Shown piece after piece: positions 52,355 through 61,810 of a stretch of DNA of 64,000 nucleotides (positions within the stretch are counted from its first letter, which is position 1; each line of letters starts with the position of its first letter). The notes beneath the pieces are model-generated. The model had not been told where the DNA came from. It saw only the letters and a list, made by a program, of their open reading frames with translations, and did not search any database. The position numbers and the translations under genes were made by a program. Source of the stretch: an uncultured Gammaproteobacteria bacterium (GTDB lineage: Bacteria > Pseudomonadota > Gammaproteobacteria > JACCXJ01); assembly GCA_963764725.1 (NCBI GenBank), contig CAVXTM010000002.1:64001-128000 (forward strand), written 5' to 3'.

Positions 52355-55300
52355 TCACAGGATCGACTCAGCCTCTTTGATTCGGCGCTCGGTCCCGTGA
52401 GCCTCGCGTGCGAGCTGGCCCGCGATCCACGTGTCGTTGCGGTGTCCCTGGCTCTCGATGAACCTACACGCCCACTTGATTTTATCGAGCGCCTCCAGAT
52501 CCGCGAAGCACTCTCCGGCGATCCTGTTCACGGCCGCACGCCGGACAAAGAGGGTGTGGGCACTATTGGTAGCGATCTGAAGCAGTATCACAAGGCTACG
52601 AGATGCGTTTATCTCCGTGGTCAGACGTCGCTCACGAAGTTGACTCATCGTATAGGAGCCTGCAAGCAATAGGGGAATGAGGATTCCCCCCACCTGGGCG
52701 AGACCCCAGCCCTTTGCCACGAGTCGCGCCTCTGCCTTTGCGGCGATGTCATCTGCCTGCGTCGACGCCGATTGCACGACGTTGTCGAGCTGATTCTTCA
52801 GCATATCGAGGCCAGCGCGCGCCCTTTGCTGCTCCTGCGCCAAGGGCTCACTGCGGGCCTGAAGCATCCTAATTTGTTCCTCTAGCGACCCAGGATCAAC
52901 TTCAGGATATAAGGCGGCCTCCTTGACGAGTTGCGCGTGGTCTTCAATCATAGCCATCATGCTATTAGCGAACTTGTTGCTTGCTAGGTCGATCTCCTCG
53001 ATGACGGCATGGGCTGTGCCAAAGAGCTTGTCGACACGGTGCCGGTCACCGACCACCCTTTCCTTGAGCGTCCTCGCTGTCGTTATGACGTCCCACAGCC
53101 CCAATGCACCCGCGTCGTCGGAATCGTCGGCTTTAGCGAGGGCTCCGAGCGACTCGGCGGACTGTCGGCGCAGGCTCTCGAGCCCTTGCGCACAGGGGCT
53201 CGTAGGCCCTTCCAGTAGCCCGTTTGAGGAGGGACTCGATCGCGCCGAGTGCGGCCTTCGCGCGTTCCCGATACAGCTCGAAGTCATCCTGAAGGGCTTG
53301 GAGCCGTGCCAGCTCCGTCCGCGTCAGGTACCGATAGCGCGCGGCAGCCAACACGAGCTCGTCAAGGACCGCGTCCCCCGCCTCGAGCTCACGCTCCCGA
53401 GCGAGAAGGTTCCGCGTTGCCGCGGCTAACTCCTCCCCTACCGCCACAAGGAAAGCTCTGTCATCACCCGCGCTCTGCATCGTCTTGAGCGACCTCGCCA
53501 CTGCCGTAAAATTCCTTGCTTCCTCCGCGAGCCGCGTCCGAGCTGCTTGGGTCGCTCGGACACGATCCAAAAGCGCTTCGCCTCTTTGCCGGATCTCTTC
53601 AAGCTCGTCAAGAAACTTCTTGTCGTCGAGCGTCTTTGCTTTGTACTCGTCGCGCGCCCGGTCAGCAGAATCCATGTCCATCTCACCGAGCACCGTTAGC
53701 AGCTCGCCCTCACGTTGGATGAACTGCTTTAGGTCGCTGCGGAAGGTGGCGAGCTGGTCTTCTAGGTCAGCACGCAGTTGCTCGTAGGTGTATCCCTGCT
53801 CACTGACCGTGGGCTGCGGTAGGGGCGGGTAGAAACTGGGCAGGGGCGCTATCGGATCGGGCGCCGACCAACCGACGACTGCGGGCGGGGTTGTGACCCG
53901 GTCTCTTGCCTCGCGCCCAACGAAGGGGAGCACGCCGAAGATGCCGAGTGCTGCTACAATCGATACGACTGCGTTAAGGGCACGGAGGTGCCGATAGCGG
54001 TCATAACGTTGAGTGGGCACCGCGAGCACCTGCCCTCGACGTTCAGTGGGCGCCGCGAAGCTCTGCCCTTCCCCGGTAGTTCCTATAGATAGACGACGGA
54101 GCGGGTTCGATACGAGCCGCCATACTATTCCCCCGAGGGCACGCAGCGATCGCCAGAGGCGCGAAGCGAGGTACCAGGGAGTGGTCCAGAACGAGAAAAG
54201 CGGCGTGATCGGATTGCCAAACGAGTTGTAGATAGACAAGCCGATGTAGAGGGTGACGGTGACGGCTTGCAGGAAAACCGGAAAGCTCAGTTGAGCGCCA
54301 GCGGTATAGATGGGCTCAGCGATAAACACCCAGAACGCAGCGAGGACAGTAATGACGGTCGCGCCGCTCAGGATCGCGTTCAGCAACCAGGCTGTTCCGT
54401 ACACGAGCATGTACACTGATGGCCACCGGCCCAGCGTCGCGGGAGGCGTCCAATAGCGCCAGGGAAGCAACTCTTGACGGAAACCGAGCCGGAGATAGTA
54501 GTCAACAAGATACAGCCAATAGATCCCGAGTCGGCCACCCGCTGAGACGAACGCACACAGGGCGAGCGCGTACTCGTGCCGCAATGCCGGCACACGATCG
54601 CGCAGCATTATGGCGACGGACCGAAGATCGTCTCGGGTTACGTGCGAAGGTCGCCGAAGGTGTTCGCAGTACGCTTCGCACACCTTGAACTGGGCTACGA
54701 GCTCGCCCATCCTGAGGGAGGCCGTGAGGCGTGCCCGGAGCGTCTCGAGGGCGGTCTGGAGACTTTGCGCGGCGTTCAAAGATTCGGGGGTGATTCTGGG
54801 ATGTACGCCGAGCACCGGGCGCAGCGGACAAGGTGCTCGACATCGTCTTCATCTTTCCGCCTGAGGAGCCACAGGAGATCGGCGCCTGGATCTTGCGCGA
54901 TTGCAAAGTAAATGCTAAGCGCCTGATCCCACCAGAAATTGACCGCGCCGGTTTCCGTGAATTCTTCCGCGAATTTTGGCAAGCCGACCGCTGCTATAAA
55001 GGAGGCCGCGAAGTAGTCTTGGAGCCGCTGGTTCTTGAACTGGCCGATAGCATCGCCCGCGGGCTCGACGATTCTGCTCTCGCCGAGGAGTTGCATTACC
55101 GCACCGTAAACCGCGACGCTCAGCAAGCGACCCGCCGATTCTTCGGGTTTGTCCAGTACCCATCGCGCCACTAGACCGATCTCGTCGACACTGGAGAGAC
55201 GAAGTAGGATGGGCAGCTGCAGCGCGAGGTTGCTTGCCGAGCGGTCGCCTTGCAACGTCCTGAACACTGTGTCCTGGATCGTGCGGCCCAGCAGGTTCCG

Positions 55301-56791
55301 CAGCGCGCTATACGCCCTCTGTTCGGAACGGTCGAGCGCTGCCGCTGCCTCCTCCTGGAGCCTCGGATGAAGCGCCAGCAGACCGTTGTAACACCGCTCA
55401 ATTAGGTTTACATCCGCCAAACGTAGCGCGCTCTGCGCTGCCCGATCGAGGCCCACGCGAGTAGCCGCCACTGCACCCCCGATTACCAGGACGAGATCCA
55501 CGACCGTCTTGATCTCCTCGTCAAAAACGAGCTGGTGCCGTTTCAGTTCTCGTTCGAGCTCGGTGAGGTACAGTGGGCGGAAGTCCAGGGCGAGCGCTAT
55601 GCCCTTGCCCGGAGCATTCGCCTGTTCGGCGTAGTACAACACGAGCAGGTATAGAAAATAGGGGTTACCCAGGTAGACTCCCATGCGGTGCTTGCTCGCC
55701 TGCGACCTGAGGCCGGTCAGCATCCGCTCGAGCCGGATCCTGTTCGCGCCCTGGAGCTTGCGCGACTTGAGCTTACGCGACAGGAAGTCGTCGACGCGGC
55801 GCAGGCTCAGTGGCTCGATCTCGGCGATGTTTGCCCCCAGTGTGGAGCGGTAGCCACGGATTTCATCGACGCGACACGATACGATGAACTTGTGCTCTCT
55901 AGTGATATCCGCCTGAATAGATCCCTTGATCACCGTGAAGAGCTGCTTATAGCGGTGCTTATCCCGAAACTCATCCAGACCGTCAAGGATGAATGCGAAC
56001 TGAATTGAGCGCGCGCGCTCACCCATGAGCCGGTGGAAGTCGCGTTGGATCCGGTTGTTGGCCTTCCCAAGCGGGCAGTGAGAGGCGATGGTAGCCATGC
56101 GTTCTACTGTTGACTCCTTGGTCATCCGCTCGATTTCGTCGAGGGCAGACGGCTCCATCTCACGAATGTACATAAAGACCGGCACGAGTGGACTGCGGCC
56201 CTCGAGATAGAGTTTCTTCAGGCGGAAGAACGTGAATATGAGCGATAGGGTCTTTCCGCTCCCTGGCTTTCCCGTAACAAGTACCGGCTCTAGGCCCTCC
56301 GTGAGGAGCGCGACCAGGTCCTTGGTGCGCTTCGGGTTGCGCTGCCCGCGGGTGATATACCGATGGCTCAAGTGCTCGGGCGAGAGGCTTGCCGCCAGGG
56401 CGACGTACTGTGCACGGTCGATGTCGCTGGTTGCATCCGACCGTGCTCGTTCCTCATGCAGGAAGAACGGATCGCTCTCGATTACAAAGCGCGCGAGCAC
56501 ATCTTCGGTGTCCACGAGATACTTGTAGAGCACGGGCCAATAGGCATCTTCCTCATGGGCAGCGGCCGCGGCGGTGCGCTTGAGCCAACTGCCTACTTTC
56601 CGCATGACGATGTACGCCACGAAGAGCGATACGAAACTTACTATCCGGGCGAGAAGGCTAAGGTCCGCAACGGCGAGGAGCGTGGATGCTAACGCCACCG
56701 CGATCCAGCGGATCCAATCCCTATCGGTGATGAGCAGGAGACGGCGGAACCACCGGCGTAAGGAGAAAGTCGCGCTACGAGTCCACATCAC
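52355..56791 (-). CDS. Probable single ~1,478-aa membrane-anchored NACHT NTPase with TM and coiled-coil C-terminus (split into three ORFs by two compensating indels)
   Basis: GKPGSGKT, ILDGLDE, VSCR, GNPYFL, FKNQRLQDYFAA. The total span of 4437 nt is in frame. Junctions fall in runs at 54786-54790 and 53219-53221. Confidence 0.7.
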
Positions 56792-56993
56792 AGTGTGCTC
56801 TGAAAAAACCCTGTTGAGCAGGCCGTAAGGACAAAGTTGTTCGAGTGGTGGCTCAGCGTTTGGGTATTAGTCCCGGGCAGGCCGTCTTCTGGATAAACGC
56901 CACGCCTAGAGGGCTCGCCGTGCTCTATCCCTCTCCCTTAGAACAAGCATCCTGAGGAGAATAGGACTAAACGCCCTTTTTTGTCGACGAGAT

Positions 56994-57052
56994 AAAGTAC
57001 AGGTGGACCTGTGGGCTGTCAAACACGCGAGAGCGTGGTCTAGAATCGGGGA
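56994..57052 (-). promoter_or_regulatory. Sigma70-like promoter with a conserved upstream box, copy 2
   Basis: Minus strand TTGACA-17 nt-TACTTT; upstream TCCCCGATTCtAGACC.......CGCGTG. Confidence 0.7.
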
Positions 57053-57086
57053 CATTTCGCAAAGCCTCATCAGTCTTGACTTTATG

Positions 57087-57480
57087 GGGACCTCTAAAAA
57101 TTGCCCTTATCACGGCGAATTTTGATTCACTGAGCTTCGTGGTTGTGAGATCATGTGCACGAAGCGGAACCATGAGCGAGCGTGATAAAGATGCAATGGC
57201 AACCTGGATTCTTTGATGTCGAGCAACGTGCGGCGAAGTTGACGGAGATGGGAGATCCCTTGGTGGGATTGGGGCAAGCGTTTCGACCCGATCTCAATCG
57301 TGTGAATGAGAAGGTGAGGACGAGTAATGCGGGTGCTAAGCCGTTTGATGTCGTTCTTATGTTCAAGGTGCTGGTGCGCACCATGGGATGGAAGCGGGCC
57401 AAAGTGAAGATAGGCATTTTGGATCTCGTCTACAACGTGACATGTCTGGTACAACTGCTCAAGCGTGATGTGCGGGCGCT
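57087..57480 (+). mobile_element. Internally deleted IS5-family element
   Basis: End-like GGGACCTCTAAAAA. Transposase N-terminus (QPGFFD...GDPL...GAKPFDVVLMFKVL) joined directly to its C-terminus (VRTMG..RAKVKIG...LVYN). Confidence 0.75.
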
Positions 57481-58102
57481 TGCGCGTTCCTTACTAACCT
57501 TTCTGTCAATTGCGCTTTTACTGTGCGCATTTGCAATTACAACAGCGGTGAACGCGCAAACGACCAGTACTAGATCTGCTGAAAAGAAATCTGCAACTGC
57601 TGTTAAGAATGCTCCTGTAAAGCAAGAGACTTTTATGGAACGCTATTACGCAGTAAAAGCCGCATATCCCGCTTTAACAAGTGTGTACGGCGATTATTCC
57701 GCCTCTTCGAACAGCCAGGAAAAATTCATGGAGAGATATAACCAGATCAAAGGTGCGTATCCTAAATTAACAGATGCCTTCGGAAATTACGCTGCGTCAG
57801 AATATTCTCTTGCAGATTTTATTAAAAGGTATTACCAGATCAAAGACAGCTACCCTAGATTAAAAGACACTTACGGGGATTATGCGGGATCAAAAAAAAC
57901 GCTGGAAGATTTTATTAAACGCTATTACCAGATAAAAGATTCTTCTCCGGCTTTATCAGCAGTTTATGCACAATACGCGGCTTCTGATAATGACCTAACA
58001 GAATTTTCTGCGCGTTACTATGCGATAAAGGCAAGCAGCAAAGAAATGAAAGACTGTTACGGTGATTACGCCGCTTCAACAAAAAAGCTTTCGGCCAAAT
58101 AA
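57481..58102 (+). CDS. Secreted protein with five 31-aa tandem repeats (5' end fused to the IS5 remnant)
   Basis: Hydrophobic signal LLTFLSIALLLCAFAITTAVNA; repeats F..RYY.IK..YP.L...YG.YA.S; AT-rich. Confidence 0.75.
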
Positions 58103-58204
58103 TTTCATTGAGAGAAATTAAAAATGCTGCTATTCACAACCATCAGAAAAAAATGAGCAAAGTAATTTTGGCAGCTTGATGCCTAACGCGGCCCACTCGA
58201 TGAT

Positions 58205-58410
58205 GTGGTGAATGGTTTCCATCAGGTCCTTTCGCCTTCACGTTCAAACCGCTCCAATTCTCGGCCAGAATCGGCACACTGAGGTTGCACGCCTGGACGC
58301 CCTGGACGACGCAGAGCTTCAGAACCTCCATGATTTCTATCATCGTCGCGCCGGCTTTCCGCGCCCCCTTGATATGGCGGCGGGTGCCCGGCGCATACAT
58401 GTGCGCGGTA
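58205..58410 (-). pseudogene. Carboxymuconolactone-decarboxylase (AhpD-like) family 3' fragment
   Basis: HMYAPGTRRHIKGA.KAGAT..EIMEVLKL..VQG; N-terminus absent. Confidence 0.65.
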
Positions 58411-58651
58411 CATTCGTGTCGGTTCGCTCGACGAACCGAAACTGAGGATCTTGAAAGGCATCGAGGAGATGAACATGGCCCCCGTTGTCATGCGCTGGAA
58501 AGCATTCGATTTGAGTATCGCATAACTGTTCACATACTCGTGAAACGAGCTATTGAGTAACTCGCCGGTTCTTCATTGTCTCGAACTTTTTTTCAAGGGC
58601 GAGCGAGCATACGGCAATACGATTAAGTCCCTATGAATCTTTATAGCCGGC

Positions 58652-61600
58652 ATGCTGCACTTTGTTCAGAGTAATTGCTTGGAAGCCCTCGCAACGGAGC
58701 TTGCGGAGGTTCTCCGCACGCCGTTACCGGAGGTTTTGATGCCCGACACGATTGTGGTTCAGCATCCCGGTATTGCGCAGTGGTTGTCGTTGCGGCTCGC
58801 CTCGACGCTCGGGATTTCCGCCAACTTCCGTTTCCCGCTTCCCGCGCAGTTTATCTGGGAGGTCTTTCGCGCCGTGTTGCCGGCCGTACCGAACGCGCCT
58901 CATCCGTTCGAGAGCGACGTGCTCACCTGGCGTCTGCTCGCGCTCCTGCAAGACCTCGAGCCGGCGGACCATTGGGCGGAGCTCCGCCGTTACATCGATC
59001 ACCAGGGCGAGCGTGGGGCCTATGAGCTTGCCGAGCGCATCGCGCTCACCTTCGAGCGCTATCTGGTGTACCGGCCGCAGTGGATCCGGGCCTGGGAGGG
59101 GGGAGAAGACCGGCACTGGCAAGCACAACTCTGGCGCCGCCTGGCGCCCGTGGGCGCGCGACATTGGCTGCATATTCGGGACGAATTCATGGCCTCGCCG
59201 CTGGACCCGTCGGTCTTGGCCCCACGCGTGTGCTTGTTCGCGTTGCGGACGCTCTCCCCGGCGTATTTCGAGGTCATGGCGCGGCTCGCGGCCACGATTG
59301 ATGTCCACTTTTTTTACCTCAATCCCTGTCGGCAATATTTTGGAGATGTCGTATCCTCCCTGAAAAGCGGCGCAGGCGAGCTTGACGCGGGCAACCCCTT
59401 GATCGCGTCGCTGGCACGCCAAGGCCGGGATGTGATCGATACGGTGCTCGCCTACGACCCGATCGAGCATGAGGTGTTCGTGGAACCGCGCCCGGCGACG
59501 ACCCTGGGCCGGATCCAGGCGGATCTCCTCGATCTCATCGACCGCGGTGCGCCGGGCGCGGCCGAGGCCGTCCCGCTCCCCGATCTCGATTCGCTCCAGA
59601 TCCATGCTTGTCCCGGACCGCAGCGCGAGGTCGAGGTGCTGCACGATCAGTTACTCCATCTATTTACAGCCTTGCCGGACCTGCGGCCCTCCGAGGTGCG
59701 CATCATGACTCCCGACATCGAGCGCTATGCGCCCCATATCGAGGCGATTTTCGACATGGCCGGAACGCGCATCCCCTATGGCATCGCCGGTCGCGCTCAC
59801 CTCACCGGTAGCCCGCTCGTCGAAGCATTTCTACGCTTGCTCGAGGTCGCTCGCGGCCGCTGTACTGCGGCTAATATTCTCGATCTCCTCGATGCGCCGC
59901 TCATCTTGGCCCGGCTGGATTTCACGGAACCCGATATCGCTGCAATCCGCCGCTGGGTCCGGGAGGCGGGGATCCGTTGGGGGGTGGATGGCGGACATCT
60001 TCACGGATTGGGCCTGCCCGCTTTTCCCGATAATACGTGGAAGGCGGGCATCGATCGGCTCGTCATCGGTTACGCGCTCCCACCCGAGGACGGCGATCGG
60101 GTCTTCGAGGGGATGCTCCCGAGTGCAGATCTCGAGGGTGACAGCGCCCAGCTTCTCGGCCGCTTCGTGAGCTTTTGCGAGGATCTCTGGCGTACTCGGT
60201 CGCTGCTCGAAGCCCGGCGCCCCGTGGCTGCATGGGCGGCGATCCTCCGTGACTTGGCGGAGCAGTTCATTGAGCCGGGGGAAACGCACGCGCAGGATCT
60301 GGTCGCGTTAAGACGTGCGCTCGCGGAAATGGAACGCAGTGCCGCCTGTGCCGGATTTTCTCATCCCACCGCCTTGGATGTGATCGTGGCGGATCTCAGC
60401 CGGCGGCTCGATGCCGGGTTCTCGCCGACTCTAAAACCGGGTGCCCTTAGCGTGTGCTCGCTCGCCCCGTGGCATTGCGGGCCAGTGCGGGTGCTGTGCC
60501 TGATCGGGCTCGACGACGAGCGCTATCCTCGGCCCGGGGCTCGACCGAGCTTCGATCTCATGGTGCACGATGCACGCCCGGCCGATCCCAATCAACGCGA
60601 TGCCGATCGCCACCTCTTTCTCGAGGCCATGCAGGCCGCCCGCGAGGTGCTCTACATCAGTTTCTGCGGAACGGACCTGCGCGATCAAACAGAACGCTTG
60701 CCCTCGGTGCTCGCGAGCGAGCTTCTCGACTATGCCGAGCGCGCGTTCAGCGCGCCCCCTGAAAAATCGGTTCGCGATCTGCTGGTGATCAAACACCCCC
60801 TACAGGCCTTCAGCCCGCGTTATTTCGATGGCGAAAGCCGGCTGTTCAGCTACTCGCGCAGCTTGTGCGAGGCGATCGCACGGCAACCAGACACGACTGT
60901 GCGCGATTTCTTCATCCACCAGCGATTGCCGGACCCGGGCGCGGAACGGCGCTCGGTCTCCCTCGATCAATTGCTCCGCTTCCTCGGTCATCCGATCCGT
61001 TTCTTACTGCAAGAACGCTTGGGCATGTTTTTATCCGAGGAGGAGGATGGGGTCGAGGACAGCGAACCCTTTAGGTTAGACCGTTCCGCGGGCGCGAAGC
61101 TAAAGGCGCGGCTGTTGCGCGAACGGATCCTGGGGAATGCGCCGGAGATTAGCGCCGAGCTGGCCAGAGCCCGTGCGGCTCTGCCCCACGGCCGCGTCGG
61201 CGAGCTTGCGTTTGACCAACAGCAGCAAGCGGTCGAAGTTTTTTATCAACGGCTGCAAGGAGTCAATCTGGGCAGGGAGCGGCAAACCCGCGCTTTCGAC
61301 CTGCCATTCAACGAGCTACGTTTGTCGGGTCAACTCACGGAACTGGATGAGCAGGGACTGATACTTTATCGGCTGCGGCCGGTCTCGGTCTGGGATTGCT
61401 TAAGCCTCTGGGTCCAGCACCTCGCGCTCAATAGCCTGCAACCCGCGGGTATCGCCCGTAGGAGCCAGTGGCTGGGCGAGGATCAAAGCTTGTCGATCGA
61501 GCCGATCGCTCATGCTCCTGAGCTCTTGGGGGACTTGTTAGATCTGTATTGGGAAGGCTTAAACCGCCCGCTCCATCTGTTCCCGAGAAGTTCCCGCGCG

Positions 61601-61810
61601 TACGCCGCGGCCGCGCGGCGGAACCGCTCGGATCCGCTGCGGGCCGCGCGCAACAAGTGGATCGGCAATGAGCATAGCCGCGGTGAACGCGACGATCCCT
61701 ATAACAGCCTCTGCTTTCGCGCGGCCGATCCTCTCGACGAAGAATTTGGCGTACTAGCGTTGCGGGTGTTCTCACCGCTCATCGAGTGCGTGCTGGAGGA
61801 ATCGGCGTGA
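58652..61810 (+). CDS. recC: Exodeoxyribonuclease V gamma subunit
   Basis: SNCLEAL, GNPLIASL, HACPGPQREVEVLHDQL, EAGIRWG, HPLQAFS. Confidence 0.96.
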   Translation: MLHFVQSNCLEALATELAEVLRTPLPEVLMPDTIVVQHPGIAQWLSLRLASTLGISANFRFPLPAQFIWEVFRAVLPAVPNAPHPFESDVLTWRLLALLQDLEPADHWAELRRYIDHQGERGAYELAERIALTFERYLVYRPQWIRAWEGGEDRHWQAQLWRRLAPVGARHWLHIRDEFMASPLDPSVLAPRVCLFALRTLSPAYFEVMARLAATIDVHFFYLNPCRQYFGDVVSSLKSGAGELDAGNPLIASLARQGRDVIDTVLAYDPIEHEVFVEPRPATTLGRIQADLLDLIDRGAPGAAEAVPLPDLDSLQIHACPGPQREVEVLHDQLLHLFTALPDLRPSEVRIMTPDIERYAPHIEAIFDMAGTRIPYGIAGRAHLTGSPLVEAFLRLLEVARGRCTAANILDLLDAPLILARLDFTEPDIAAIRRWVREAGIRWGVDGGHLHGLGLPAFPDNTWKAGIDRLVIGYALPPEDGDRVFEGMLPSADLEGDSAQLLGRFVSFCEDLWRTRSLLEARRPVAAWAAILRDLAEQFIEPGETHAQDLVALRRALAEMERSAACAGFSHPTALDVIVADLSRRLDAGFSPTLKPGALSVCSLAPWHCGPVRVLCLIGLDDERYPRPGARPSFDLMVHDARPADPNQRDADRHLFLEAMQAAREVLYISFCGTDLRDQTERLPSVLASELLDYAERAFSAPPEKSVRDLLVIKHPLQAFSPRYFDGESRLFSYSRSLCEAIARQPDTTVRDFFIHQRLPDPGAERRSVSLDQLLRFLGHPIRFLLQERLGMFLSEEEDGVEDSEPFRLDRSAGAKLKARLLRERILGNAPEISAELARARAALPHGRVGELAFDQQQQAVEVFYQRLQGVNLGRERQTRAFDLPFNELRLSGQLTELDEQGLILYRLRPVSVWDCLSLWVQHLALNSLQPAGIARRSQWLGEDQSLSIEPIAHAPELLGDLLDLYWEGLNRPLHLFPRSSRAYAAAARRNRSDPLRAARNKWIGNEHSRGERDDPYNSLCFRAADPLDEEFGVLALRVFSPLIECVLEESA

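Noticed and set aside
53819-53835. Second GTAG REP
   Set aside because: There is no complementary arm; it is explained by Pro codons on the minus strand.
57625-58085. CRISPR-like periodic DNA repeats
   Set aside because: The 93-nt period is a degenerate protein-coding repeat; there are no identical repeats with unique spacers and no cas genes.
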